DNA of 64,000 bases from Hyalangium minutum (GTDB lineage Bacteria; Myxococcota; Myxococcia; Myxococcales; Myxococcaceae), in the NCBI RefSeq assembly GCF_000737315.1, contig NZ_JMCB01000010.1:261942-325941 (forward strand). The letters are read 5' to 3'. The notes under the pieces were generated by a model. The model was not told the origin of the DNA, searched no databases, and saw only the letters and a program-made list of their open reading frames with translations. The stretch's first letter is position 1. Each line of letters starts with the position of its first letter. Shown in pieces: positions 25,201 through 34,261 of the stretch. A program made the translations under genes and the position numbers.

Positions 25201-27560
25201 TCATCGAGCCGGCACTGGAGCGAGCCGCTCTGCGCCGCGGTGCTCAACATATAAGCGCCCTGCTTGGGCACGCGGAGCTTCTGCTGGATGAGGTCTCCCG
25301 CATCGGCGCGGAAGAAGACCTCCGCCTCGCCGCCCAGGCCCTCCGCGGGCTTCACGGCGCGGCGATCGAGCACCACCGCGCCCCGGCCCCGGCTCTGGCC
25401 CGCCGTGCGCACATCGAGCAGGTAGCGTCCGGGACGCAGGTACGTGGAGACGAGGCAGTTGCGCCCACGCCCTCCTCCCGACGCTGCTCCCACCTGTTGC
25501 ACCACGGGCGTCCGGATGTGGCACTCGGTGGACAGCAGGCCCTGGGTCGTCACGTGGTAGAGCCCGGCGTCCTTCACATGGAAGACGAGCGCGTGCGACT
25601 GCTCCCGCTCGAAGTCGAGCCACATGGGGGTCTCCGTCCCGAGCACCGGCAGCGGCGCGAGGCTCGGGCTCCAGGCGAGCAGTGGCGGCGGCGCCGCGGG
25701 AGGAGGAGCCGGCCGGCGCAGAGAGAGCGTGAGGGCCGAGGTCCCCGGGTTCTCGAGCGTGAGCTCCCCGCCCGTGCCGGGCACCGTGCAGAGCCCACCC
25801 TGGGTGTTCACCCGCGTCTCACCGAGCGAGCACTGGAACGGCTCACCACTCAGCGCGCGGATCTCCACCGGCCTGCCCGCACTCAACGGGAGCTTCAAGC
25901 TCTTGCGCCCGTTGAGAACCAGCGCCAGGGGCTCGCTGAGAGTGAGCGGCAGCGGACGGAGGAACAGGCCCCGGACCGCCTTCTCCGAGTTCCGGGTGGT
26001 GCTCATCAGGTAGCTCCCCCCCGCCCGCAGTGACACCCTTGGGAAGAGGCAGGACACCTTGGTGGCCGTCTCCGTCGTGGGCGGTGGCCCGTCCGCCGCG
26101 AGCGTCACCGTCTCGATGCCCTCGGTCCCTCCAAAGAGGCGAAGCTCGTACATGCCCGGCGTCGCGGGAAAGGCGACGCGGCAGGTGACGGCACTCGGCT
26201 GCGTCTCCGTGAGCCGCGAGGTCTGCTTGCCGTCGTAGCGGAACAGCTCGCAGCGGGTCTTCCGCTCGCCAGCCGTCTGGACGACATAGCGCCCGGAGCG
26301 GGTGACCTCGAACTGCAGCGTGGAGGAGCTGCCGTTGTAGTTGAAGGCGCGGCGGAACGGGCGGTCCGGGCTCACCTCCAGCAGGTCCCTCCCCCGCTGC
26401 ACGGAATCGGCCATCACGAACACCTCGTTCAGCGTGCACCCCACGGGGGCACTGTCCTGATCGAGCGGCGTCTCATGAACCGCGACGAGGTAGTCCGCGT
26501 CCTTCTCCGCGACGAAGCTGATGGCCTGCGCTCCGGTTCCGTAGACGCCATCCCGCCACGCTCCGTCCAGCAGGCGGGCCCACCGCAGCGTCACGCGGGT
26601 GCCAGGCTCGCCCCGGATGAGCGCGACCCGGCGGCTCTTGCTCCGGGCGAACGCGCTGCACTCGGGGACAAGCGCCTTGCCGTCGATCTCACAGCTGGAC
26701 TCAGCCGAGGCGAACAGGTTGGTGGCTCCATTCTCCCTCATGGAGTGCAGGCTCAGGCGCGTGGTGGACTTGGAACTACCCTCGCGAGAGAGGAAGAACG
26801 CAGAGGGCTCGTTGGGAAACTCCAGCGTGGCGAGCCCCGTCTCCGGCAGGGTCAGGCTGGCCTGCCGATCCTCGGAGGCCTGGGGGAAGCCCCACGCCAC
26901 CGTGAGGCCCGAGTCGTCCCCCCCACTCTCGGTCCACTCCGTGGAGGCCGTGCCATACGCGGTCAGCAGGTACACGCCGGGCTCCAGCAGGGTCTCGAAC
27001 CACCACTCGTGGAGGGGCATGCCGGGACGCGGGCGCGGGGAGGTGTCTCTCGCGGCGATGGGCTCCAGCCACTCCCCCGTGCGCCACAGCCGCACGTCTC
27101 CGGCGTGCCGCCCGGCAATGCGCAGCGTCACCGGCTGGCGCTCGTCGATCTTGAGCCAGTACGAAGCTTGCTGGCGTGGCTTCAGGTGCTGCTGCACCTC
27201 GCGCCGAGGCTCCAGGCGCAGCGGCGGGGCATTGATCTCCTCGTACGGCCTCACGGACAGGGCGACGTTGCCCTTGCCCTTGGGCTTCGAGGTGAGCCGC
27301 AGCTTGTAGGTGCCCGCGTCCAGCAGCAGGTCCAGCTCACAGCTGGAGCGGCCCACGGTTCCGGACTGCGCAAAAGGCCCTCGGACGTGGTCGACGATCT
27401 CGCAGGCCGTGCCCGCGGGGCTGGAGGCCTTGACGACGTACCGCCCGGCCTTGTCGAGCGTCAGGATGGCCTCCTGGGCGCCTCGGGCGGGGACGGCCGG
27501 AGGCGAGACCGAGGCGGCATGGAGCAACAGCAGGGGGAGCGTGATTAGCGGCAGGCTCAT
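22272..27560 (-). CDS. Large secreted protein (1762 aa) built of repeated Cys-paired PPC-like beta-sandwich modules
   Basis: Signal peptide; at least 8 repeats of G.Y.V.T...C.L/I...C..L.PG.Y.L.V; central acidic/Pro linker; stop overlaps the A2M start. Confidence 0.85.
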   Translation of the reverse strand: MSLPLITLPLLLLHAASVSPPAVPARGAQEAILTLDKAGRYVVKASSPAGTACEIVDHVRGPFAQSGTVGRSSCELDLLLDAGTYKLRLTSKPKGKGNVALSVRPYEEINAPPLRLEPRREVQQHLKPRQQASYWLKIDERQPVTLRIAGRHAGDVRLWRTGEWLEPIAARDTSPRPRPGMPLHEWWFETLLEPGVYLLTAYGTASTEWTESGGDDSGLTVAWGFPQASEDRQASLTLPETGLATLEFPNEPSAFFLSREGSSKSTTRLSLHSMRENGATNLFASAESSCEIDGKALVPECSAFARSKSRRVALIRGEPGTRVTLRWARLLDGAWRDGVYGTGAQAISFVAEKDADYLVAVHETPLDQDSAPVGCTLNEVFVMADSVQRGRDLLEVSPDRPFRRAFNYNGSSSTLQFEVTRSGRYVVQTAGERKTRCELFRYDGKQTSRLTETQPSAVTCRVAFPATPGMYELRLFGGTEGIETVTLAADGPPPTTETATKVSCLFPRVSLRAGGSYLMSTTRNSEKAVRGLFLRPLPLTLSEPLALVLNGRKSLKLPLSAGRPVEIRALSGEPFQCSLGETRVNTQGGLCTVPGTGGELTLENPGTSALTLSLRRPAPPPAAPPPLLAWSPSLAPLPVLGTETPMWLDFEREQSHALVFHVKDAGLYHVTTQGLLSTECHIRTPVVQQVGAASGGGRGRNCLVSTYLRPGRYLLDVRTAGQSRGRGAVVLDRRAVKPAEGLGGEAEVFFRADAGDLIQQKLRVPKQGAYMLSTAAQSGSLQCRLDDPQGWPVVPIPSPCTSTMRLASGNYLWTQLPLTVESMRRTSLERVRPTVTLKGNKMHPLPFNAWSRVELGKDGKDEFSFELPAPVDVAFALTHGMQGRLYRVGADNQLKPVETIAPMTPDLTRPQGVTMPRVRTDVPPPEPTSEEGEEGEGSSEESYEEAPPPEPSYAEEVPDESSSSSEGPLPETDAPAPAGRTLKLQPGTYRLITEHSRGDVAITYALYLRVDVLVPGVVRVVNVPDRLPLRLPAEGTLRLSTRGDTDVRCRIFDSEGRLVVENADRGADWNCAIAEPFAAGDYTLVLESQTQQPGPTRVSVAVAKMTDAGTLADPMALKLDAGVQRAMLPAVAGDGVQELTLRSKTAIACALEDDQGAVVTRQLDTRECVLLVRPGGAAWRVRVWTMDSSAQVTASLVTRTLASSSGGSIPAGAAVLAKIPQPGRYQTGAGVYCLPSGQKGALRNCADEVSLEAGEWIFSGAGTQETALKLSEVVDAIDSPKTERARLTRDVSLLRQSSKASALHLFQATVQVGDRSNPACALVGGTARQDDFMCVAATGPTQQSLARWWTPAFSPSDASLMRLSVPVPSVVASLQQGGQNFVWSQGPAIELRMLSTPSRVQLTLPKSAWAVQVDEQGRAVDLCAPASSLAACVLTGKGGSLFVYAPEEQRVQSELVSIDPTPRRETLDRLFEAVSTRPSQQRLVFNAQPAPRLLSITGALRCVTTLDNGARLEGCETRIPPGRSGESVVDLGIGGVRAVLTPPTELLSAALGSFSAQSPVLPPAQALKLSGSRVDRSFTLVSEAVVHVRSDSGVCGIVQDSTPIRVQGSEKGCALDEVLKPGNYRLAVRGFADRTLSGHLSWTQELIQELKEGVASEESWISPSQTRFFRFSTESPGRIGLGLQVPAELLECSVLDLEQRVLGEGCQQFLQLDKGAYLLAVHAPSTARPLKFKPVLVGLAGAKADVPEEYLRNFFQRIGVNP

Positions 27561-27792
27561 GGAGGCTTTCGCGCGGGGTTTGCGCGGAGCCTCAACAGCA
27601 AGGCACGGGCCAACTCACGCCTCGCCCCAACAGGGCTGCGGCGTGGCACCCCAGCCACGAGCCCGTGGCCTGATGACCACTGGCTCCTGCGACTCCTCCC
27701 TGGCGCTCTCCGGCGAGCCACACCCCGGGACATCTCCTGGCTTGCCTGGCCAGAGCGCCTCTGTTCAGCATGAGACTCGGAGGAAGAACCCC

Positions 27793-28935
27793 ATGAGCAG
27801 CCTTGGCAACACCGGAACAGACGCAGCCGCCACCCGTCCCCCCAGCAGCCTTCGCACCTATACCCTCGCGGGCCGCCGAGGCCTGCGAATCTCGCCCCTC
27901 TCCCTGGGGGCTGGAACCTTCGGCGACGGCTGGGATCCGGCCTGGCAGTCACCTCCCGGCGAGATCGACCGCATCCTCGGGACCTACCTGGACGCGGGCG
28001 GCAACGTGATCGACACGGCGGACCGCTACCAGAACGGCCGGAGCGAGGAGCTCGTGGGCACCTACCTGCGCAAGTCAGGCCGGCGAGACGAGGTGGTGCT
28101 CGCGACGAAGTGCGGCTACGGGGTGCCCGGTGACGCCCACCAGGGAGGCAACGCTCGCCTGACGTTGCAGCGGGCGCTGGAGGCGTCGCTGCGCAGGCTC
28201 GGGACGGACGTGATCGACCTCTACCACGTGCACCTCTGGGACACGTTCACGCCCGTGGAAGAGGTCATGTCGACGCTCGACACGTTCGTGCGGGCGGGAA
28301 AGATCCGCTACGTGGGGCTGAGCAATGTGCCCGCGTGGTACCTCGGGCGGGCGCAGACACTGGCCGAGTGGCGCGGCTGGGAGCCGGTGGCGGTGTTGCA
28401 GGTGAACTACAGCCTGCTGGCGCGCACCATCGAGTACGAGTTCGTCGATGCGGCGCAAGAGCTGGGGATCGGCCTCACGGCCTGGAGCCCGCTGGCCAAC
28501 GGCCTGCTCAGCGGCAAGTACCGGGTGAACGAGCAGGGCCAGTTCGAGGGACAGGGGCGCGTCACGAAGACGTGGGTCACCGACACGACGGTCGAGCCCA
28601 CGGCCCAGACGAAGCAGGTGCTGGACATGCTCGCGGCCACGGCGGCCGAGCTCGGGCGGACACCGGCCCAGGTCGCGTTGAACTGGGTCACGAACCGGCC
28701 GGGCGTCGTCTCCACCGTCATCGGTGCGCGAACCGAGGCGCAGCTCCGCGACAACCTCGCGGCCCTGGACTTCGAGCTGCCGCCAGCGTTCGCGGCCAGG
28801 CTCGACGAGGCAGGAAAGCCCCCCGCGCAATACCCCTACTCGTTCTTCACCGATCAGTTCCACGACGCCACGGTGCGCGCGGGCCTCCCCATCCGGAGCG
28901 AGCCCCGGGGCTATCGCGGCCGGGGCTTCCGCTGA
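27793..28935 (+). CDS. Aldo/keto reductase
   Basis: GLRISPLSLGAGTFG, IDTADRYQNGRSEELVG, LATKCG, SLRRLGTDVIDLYHVH, GKIRYVGLSN, AWSPLANGLLSGKY; start reassigned to MSSLG. Confidence 0.93.
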   Translation: MSSLGNTGTDAAATRPPSSLRTYTLAGRRGLRISPLSLGAGTFGDGWDPAWQSPPGEIDRILGTYLDAGGNVIDTADRYQNGRSEELVGTYLRKSGRRDEVVLATKCGYGVPGDAHQGGNARLTLQRALEASLRRLGTDVIDLYHVHLWDTFTPVEEVMSTLDTFVRAGKIRYVGLSNVPAWYLGRAQTLAEWRGWEPVAVLQVNYSLLARTIEYEFVDAAQELGIGLTAWSPLANGLLSGKYRVNEQGQFEGQGRVTKTWVTDTTVEPTAQTKQVLDMLAATAAELGRTPAQVALNWVTNRPGVVSTVIGARTEAQLRDNLAALDFELPPAFAARLDEAGKPPAQYPYSFFTDQFHDATVRAGLPIRSEPRGYRGRGFR

Positions 28936-28976
28936 GGCCTACGGCGAGGCGGGAGGCACAGGTACACTCGCGCCCC

Positions 28977-30737
28977 ATGTTCCAAGCCCCCCTCTTGGTG
29001 CTCCTCATGACCACCGCCACGGCCGCCCCCTCCGATACTCCTGCCTGGACCGAGCAGCACGCCGCGCAGATCCTCGAGAAGACCCAGACGATCCAGCTTG
29101 CGCCGGACCTGTCCACCCTCACTCCGGGTGAGCGCACCGCCCTCTCCAAGCTCCTGGAGGTGGGGCAGCTCTTCCAGCAGGTCTACGAGGACTCGCGGCA
29201 CCGGAAGGCGCTCGAGCTCCACAAGCGGCTCGATGGCCAGAAGGGTCCGGCCGCGGAGCAGCAGCGCCTGTTCTACACGCTGTTCCAAGGCCCCATCGCC
29301 ACCACGCTGGAGAACCAGCGGATTCCCTTCCTGCCCACCGACTCCATCGTCCCGGGCAAGAACGTCTACCCCTGGGGCATCACCAAGGAGCAGGTGCAGC
29401 AGGTGCTGGAGCGCCACCCGGAGCTCCGCGCTTCGATCCTGGATGTCCGCACCGTGGTCCGCAGGGCCGATGCCGCATCGCTGCGGAAGGACCTCGATGC
29501 GCTGAAGCAATACCCTGTGCTCGACGGGCTCCATCCCGGGCTGAGCGCCAAGCTCCGCGCGCTGGCCGCGAAGCCGGACCCGGCGATGCTGTACGCCGTG
29601 CCCTATGCCGTCGCTTACGCACCGCAGATGGTGAAAGCCCACTCGCTGCTCTGGGAGGCCGCCTCGGCCGTGGAGGCGGATGACGCCGAGTTCGCCGGCT
29701 ACCTGCGCAACCGCGCGCGGGATCTGCTCGCCAATGACTACGAGTCTGGAGACGCGGCCTGGGTACGAGGCCGGTTCCAGCGGCTCAACGCCCAGATCGG
29801 CGCCTACGAGGTCTATGACGACGAGCTCTTCGGCTCCAAGGCGTTCTACTCACTGAGCGTGCTGCTCCGGGATGATGCGGCAACGGCCAGGCTGGAGAAG
29901 GCGCTCCAGGGGCTGCAAGCCTTCGAGGACAGCCTGCCCTACGAGCCCCACAAGACGGTGAGCTCGGACATTCCCGTGGGCGTCTACCAGGTCATCGCGG
30001 ACTTCGCGCAGGCGCGGGGCACGAACACCGCCACGATCCTCCCCAACGATCCGCTGCACGCGCGGCGGTACGGGCGGACGATCCTGCTGCGCTCGAACAT
30101 CATGAAGCACCCCAGCCTCTTCGCGAATGGGCGCTCGGCGTGGGAGGCGGTGATGGCCGAGCCGTTCCGCAACCACCTCGGTCCCAGCGGCGGCTTCAAC
30201 CGGACGCTCTGGCACGAGGTGGGCCACTACCTCGGTGTGGATCGCGACGTGAAGGGGCGCGCGGTGAGCAGCGATGCGCTGGAGGAGAACTCGAGCGCCC
30301 TGGAAGAAATGAAGGCGGACCTGGTGTCGCTGTACCTCGCCCAAGCGCTGCGCGAGCGCGGCTTCTATGACGACACCACCCTGCGTGAGCTCTACGCGAG
30401 CGGCATTCAGCGCGTGCTGCAGATCGTCCGTCCGAGGCGAGACCAGCCGTACCAGACGATGCAGCTCATGCAGATGAACTACTTCCTGGAAAACGGGCTG
30501 CTGGAGTCCCGCCCGGACGGCCTCCACATCCACTACGAGAAGTACCCCGAGGTGGTGGGCCGGCTGCTGCGCGAGGTGCTGGCCATCCAGCGCGCCGGAG
30601 ACAAGGCGGCCTCGGATCGGTTCATCGAGAAGTACACCCGCTGGGACGACGCCCTCCATGGCGCCCTGGCCACGAAGATGCGCGCCCAGCAGAAGTACCG
30701 CTACACGCTCGTGAAGTACGAGGCGCTCGGCCAGTAG
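28977..30737 (+). CDS. Exported peptidase M49 (dipeptidyl-peptidase III)-like Zn hydrolase, HExxH variant
   Basis: Signal-peptide-like N-terminus; TLWHEVGHYLG and ALEEMKADLVSL; ATILPND motif; start reassigned to MFQAP. Confidence 0.75.
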   Translation: MFQAPLLVLLMTTATAAPSDTPAWTEQHAAQILEKTQTIQLAPDLSTLTPGERTALSKLLEVGQLFQQVYEDSRHRKALELHKRLDGQKGPAAEQQRLFYTLFQGPIATTLENQRIPFLPTDSIVPGKNVYPWGITKEQVQQVLERHPELRASILDVRTVVRRADAASLRKDLDALKQYPVLDGLHPGLSAKLRALAAKPDPAMLYAVPYAVAYAPQMVKAHSLLWEAASAVEADDAEFAGYLRNRARDLLANDYESGDAAWVRGRFQRLNAQIGAYEVYDDELFGSKAFYSLSVLLRDDAATARLEKALQGLQAFEDSLPYEPHKTVSSDIPVGVYQVIADFAQARGTNTATILPNDPLHARRYGRTILLRSNIMKHPSLFANGRSAWEAVMAEPFRNHLGPSGGFNRTLWHEVGHYLGVDRDVKGRAVSSDALEENSSALEEMKADLVSLYLAQALRERGFYDDTTLRELYASGIQRVLQIVRPRRDQPYQTMQLMQMNYFLENGLLESRPDGLHIHYEKYPEVVGRLLREVLAIQRAGDKAASDRFIEKYTRWDDALHGALATKMRAQQKYRYTLVKYEALGQ

Positions 30738-30778
30738 CCGAGGGGGCTCTCGTGAGCCCCGACACGGCCGTGGGTGGC

Positions 30779-32008
30779 TCAGCGAACCTGGAGGAAGGAG
30801 AACGAGATGCCCGACAGGCTCGCGTCCACCTTGCCACTCTGATCGGTCAGCTCGCGGAGGTTCGTCGACGCGGAGCCGTTGGTGAACTCGGTGAAGATCG
30901 TCCGATCACCGGCCGGGAAGATGAAGGTGCTGCCCGTGGTCGCGGGGAGCTTATCGACCGGCGTGGCCGCCAGGGTGTCGAGCCGCAGCTGCCACCACTT
31001 CCACGCGGACGCGCTCGCCAGCACGCGGGGGTGCGTCCCCTGCTGCACCTGGAAGAGGCTCTCATCGAAGACGCGCAGGTAGGCGGTGTTATTGGGACCC
31101 GGCAGCAGCGAGCCAACGGTCCCTCCCTTCGTGAGCGCGCTGAGTTCCTGGTAGAAGGTCCCATCAAAGGTCAGGGACTGAGGATCGAACCGGAGCAGGC
31201 ACGGCACCGGCGTGTCACCGCCCGCGACCCGGTAAACCGCCGCCCCGTACACCTCCGTGGCGAGGTAGACCTTCCCGTCAGCGCCCAGGACGCCATCCCG
31301 CACATAGCCGCAGCGCGTGTCCGTCACGACCTTCGCCGTGTCGGTCTTCGAGTCGACGACGACGACGCCCGCCTGCTTCGTGATGCCGATCCCGGTGGTC
31401 GGCCGCCAGCCCATGGGCACGATCACCTGATCGCCACGGCGGATCGGATGCGTGGCGAAGGACAACAGCGCCCCTGAGACCGTGACGTCGGGGAGCGCGA
31501 TGCTGCCCGTGACCGACATATCGGTGGGGTTCCAGATGATGACCTGCGCCGTGCGCCCGTCGAAGTAGTAGGCCTTGGTCTCCGAGATGAACTGGAACTG
31601 GTTGTGGTACTCACCAATGGACGCGACGCCCTTGCCCTCGAAGCTCACGGTGGCGCCCTTCTCCAGGCGGCCGTCGCTCGTCAGGTTGTAGCGGGTGACC
31701 GTGGCGTTCTCGCTGCCGCCCACGAACAGGCTGCGCGACTTCGGGATGCCGACGCCGAGCGCCCGGCCGGGGAGCTCGATGGCGTTCTCCAGCTTCAGCT
31801 CCCCGGAGACGTCCAGCGTGTCCGTCAGGACGATGTAGCTCTGAGGCGTGTCGGTCGTCACGATCTGGGTCGTGATGGCATACAGCGGAGTATCCGTGGG
31901 GGTGTTGTCGTCGGGCTCCTGCTTGTCCTCGCCACAGGCTGCCAGGAGAGGGAGGGCGAGTGCCGTCACCGCGAGGCACAGGGTTCTGAGGTGCGCTACG
32001 AACTTCAT
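30779..32008 (-). CDS. mxcI: MxcI-like lipoprotein, companion of the TonB-dependent receptor
   Basis: Lipobox LLAACG; directly downstream of the TonB receptor at the end of the myxochelin cluster; start reassigned to MKFVAH. Confidence 0.7.
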   Translation of the reverse strand: MKFVAHLRTLCLAVTALALPLLAACGEDKQEPDDNTPTDTPLYAITTQIVTTDTPQSYIVLTDTLDVSGELKLENAIELPGRALGVGIPKSRSLFVGGSENATVTRYNLTSDGRLEKGATVSFEGKGVASIGEYHNQFQFISETKAYYFDGRTAQVIIWNPTDMSVTGSIALPDVTVSGALLSFATHPIRRGDQVIVPMGWRPTTGIGITKQAGVVVVDSKTDTAKVVTDTRCGYVRDGVLGADGKVYLATEVYGAAVYRVAGGDTPVPCLLRFDPQSLTFDGTFYQELSALTKGGTVGSLLPGPNNTAYLRVFDESLFQVQQGTHPRVLASASAWKWWQLRLDTLAATPVDKLPATTGSTFIFPAGDRTIFTEFTNGSASTNLRELTDQSGKVDASLSGISFSFLQVR

Positions 32009-32040
32009 GGAAGGTTCCTTTCTTCTATCTACAGGTTGGT

Positions 32041-34257
32041 TCAAGGCGGGCTTCCACCGAGGAGGTCCACCGTGAATTTGGCGAAGACGCTGCGGCCGGG
32101 GCGCTGGACGCCGAAGAAGTCGAACGCGCGCGCATCGGTCAGGTTCTGTACGTCGAGGGTCCAGCTCATCGTCGTCCGCGAGGCCCGAGCGACGTAGGTG
32201 AGCGCGAGCGAGTGCAGGAACTGAGACGGCACGACCTGCTTCGAGTCCTGCTGTCCCAGGCCCTCCCACGCGCGGAAGAACGCGTGCACGTAGCGCGCGT
32301 GCCACGTCAGTGAGAGCCCATCCTGCGAGCTCATCAGACTGCTCAGCAGGAAGCGGGCGCTGCCGTTGGCCTGGAGGTAGGGCCGGTTGGGGATGCGCTG
32401 GCCGGTGAAGGAGCCGAACGTGCCCTCGCTGGAGGTGTTGCGGAAGTCCTGCCAGGTGACGTTGCCATCGAGCGCGATGAGCTGCCCCGGAGAGGTCCAC
32501 CCGGCTGCACCGGTGCCGCCCAGCGAGCGCGCCGCGAAGACGTTCTGGTGGGTGAAGAAGCTCTCCCGGCCAATGAGGACGATGAGCTGGTCCGCGAGCC
32601 GTCCAAACCCCGTCACGCTGGCCCGGAACGTGCCGCCCGGCGTCTCCCAGGCGTCGGTCGCGAGGCCCAGGTTGAGGTTGTGGCTGGTCTCGGGCTTCAG
32701 CTCGAGGTTGTCGTTGATGAGGATCCCATCTCCGAAGATCTCGTCCGGACGAGGCAGGCGCGTGGCCCACTCATAGGAAACCTTCGCGTAGAGCTGCTGG
32801 GACAGCCGGTAGCGAAGGCTGTCGCCCACGCCTCCTCTATATGTATCGAGCGCGATCCCCTCGAAACTCCCGCTGGGCAGAAGCTTCTCCGAGCGAGCCC
32901 GCTGAACGTAGCCCTTGAGAAAGGCGATGTTCTCCAGGCGGTCGTCGGGCGTGTCGAGCTCGACCTCAAGGCCTCCCACCGCCGAGAACAGGTTGCGCTC
33001 ACCCTGGAGCGGATCGGGCTCCTGGCGCTCGCGGAGGCGGCGGTCCTCGCCCACCCGGCTCACCAGCGTGGGCGCGAGCGAGAAGCGCAGCATCCCGGGG
33101 CCGGCGAGATCCCACCCCATGTGCAGCCGCGCAAAGCCGGTGTGCTGCCCCACAATGCGCTCGACAGCCCGGGACTCGGCCTCACCCGGCTGGGGGAGCT
33201 CGATGACGCAGCGGCCGAACCAGTCATAGGCGCACGTCCCCACGTCCGTGAAGTGCGCTCTTCGCCACGTGTAGCCCGCCACGGCATTGAGCGACAGCCC
33301 CTGGGAGAACGTCTGCTCGAAGCGGACGGTGGAGCCCGCGGAGAACTCTCCGGAGCCCACCTCGCCGTACGGCACATCCATGGTGACGTTGTGCTGGATG
33401 TCCTTGTCGTACTGGCTCGCGAAGACACGGAAGAGCAGGAGCTGGGCCCAAGGCCGCTCCACGACACCTGCTTCGACTCCGGCCCCTGCCGCCCGATAGC
33501 CGTCATGGAACCGCTCGACGCGCGTGAGCCGAACGCGGCCTTGTTCGTCGGCGGCCTCGACGTCGATGGGATAGTCATTCCCCGCGTAATCGAAGAAGCC
33601 GTTGGCACGAACGACGAACTGGGAGGGCTCGTGGAAGTACCGCCCCCCCGCGGTGAGCCGGTGCGTGTGGAAGGACCCGATCTCGTAGGAGGCCGCGGCG
33701 CCCGTGTCCCGCACATCCTGATCGGTGACGAGGTTGAGCGCGCCCCCGAGCGCATCGGCTCCAAAGCGAATCGGCACGACGCCCTGGTAGATCTCGACGC
33801 TCTGAACCAGGTTGACCGGGACATTGGCGAGGCCCGGCCCGAAGCCCGCCATCTCCAGCGGAATCCCATCCACGAAGACGCGGATCTGCTCGTCCGTGAG
33901 CCCTGCCAGAGAGAGGCGCGTGCGGCTGCCGAGCCCCCCCGAGCGGCGCACCCCCACCCCCTCGGTTCGCGCCAGCGCCTCTCCCAGATCAGCAGCCTCG
34001 CGCTGGATGTGCTCGGTCTCGACGACCTGCACCGCTTCGGCCGACTGCTCCCGATGCTCCGCCTCCGACTTGCCCTGGACCGTGACCTCGATGGTCTCTT
34101 CGTAGACGGGCTCCGCCTCGGCTCCCGCCGAGGGCTCTTCCGCGTGGGCCAGCCCCGCAGCCAGCAGCCACACCCCGAGGGCCCAGCGCGGCCCGCCTCG
34201 GGCTCCACGCCTGCCCCGAGGCCCGAGCCTGTCCTTGATTATGATAATGGTTCTCAT
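32041..34257 (-). CDS. mxcH: TonB-dependent siderophore receptor (MxcH-like)
   Basis: TonB-box-like EVTVQG; plug (GVGVRRSGGLGS..IRVFVDGIP..VEIYQGVVP..GADALGGALNLVT); C-terminal DVQNLTD..PGRSVFAKF; start uncertain because it lies within the Fur box. Confidence 0.88.
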   Translation of the reverse strand: MRTIIIIKDRLGPRGRRGARGGPRWALGVWLLAAGLAHAEEPSAGAEAEPVYEETIEVTVQGKSEAEHREQSAEAVQVVETEHIQREAADLGEALARTEGVGVRRSGGLGSRTRLSLAGLTDEQIRVFVDGIPLEMAGFGPGLANVPVNLVQSVEIYQGVVPIRFGADALGGALNLVTDQDVRDTGAAASYEIGSFHTHRLTAGGRYFHEPSQFVVRANGFFDYAGNDYPIDVEAADEQGRVRLTRVERFHDGYRAAGAGVEAGVVERPWAQLLLFRVFASQYDKDIQHNVTMDVPYGEVGSGEFSAGSTVRFEQTFSQGLSLNAVAGYTWRRAHFTDVGTCAYDWFGRCVIELPQPGEAESRAVERIVGQHTGFARLHMGWDLAGPGMLRFSLAPTLVSRVGEDRRLRERQEPDPLQGERNLFSAVGGLEVELDTPDDRLENIAFLKGYVQRARSEKLLPSGSFEGIALDTYRGGVGDSLRYRLSQQLYAKVSYEWATRLPRPDEIFGDGILINDNLELKPETSHNLNLGLATDAWETPGGTFRASVTGFGRLADQLIVLIGRESFFTHQNVFAARSLGGTGAAGWTSPGQLIALDGNVTWQDFRNTSSEGTFGSFTGQRIPNRPYLQANGSARFLLSSLMSSQDGLSLTWHARYVHAFFRAWEGLGQQDSKQVVPSQFLHSLALTYVARASRTTMSWTLDVQNLTDARAFDFFGVQRPGRSVFAKFTVDLLGGSPP

Positions 34258-34261
34258 TTTC
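34243..34261 (-). promoter_or_regulatory. Fur box at the mxcH start; TTGACA -35 element at 34298-34303
   Basis: Minus strand GAAAATGAGAACCATTATC, 16/19 match to the GATAATGATAATCATTATC consensus. Confidence 0.8.

Noticed and set aside
28335-28976. Long N-terminal extensions in ORF-track calls (e.g. 28335, 27310, 22488, 32770, 44200, 55540)
   Set aside because: They overlap neighbouring real genes and lack motifs; downstream starts with RBS, signal peptides or stop/start overlaps fit better.
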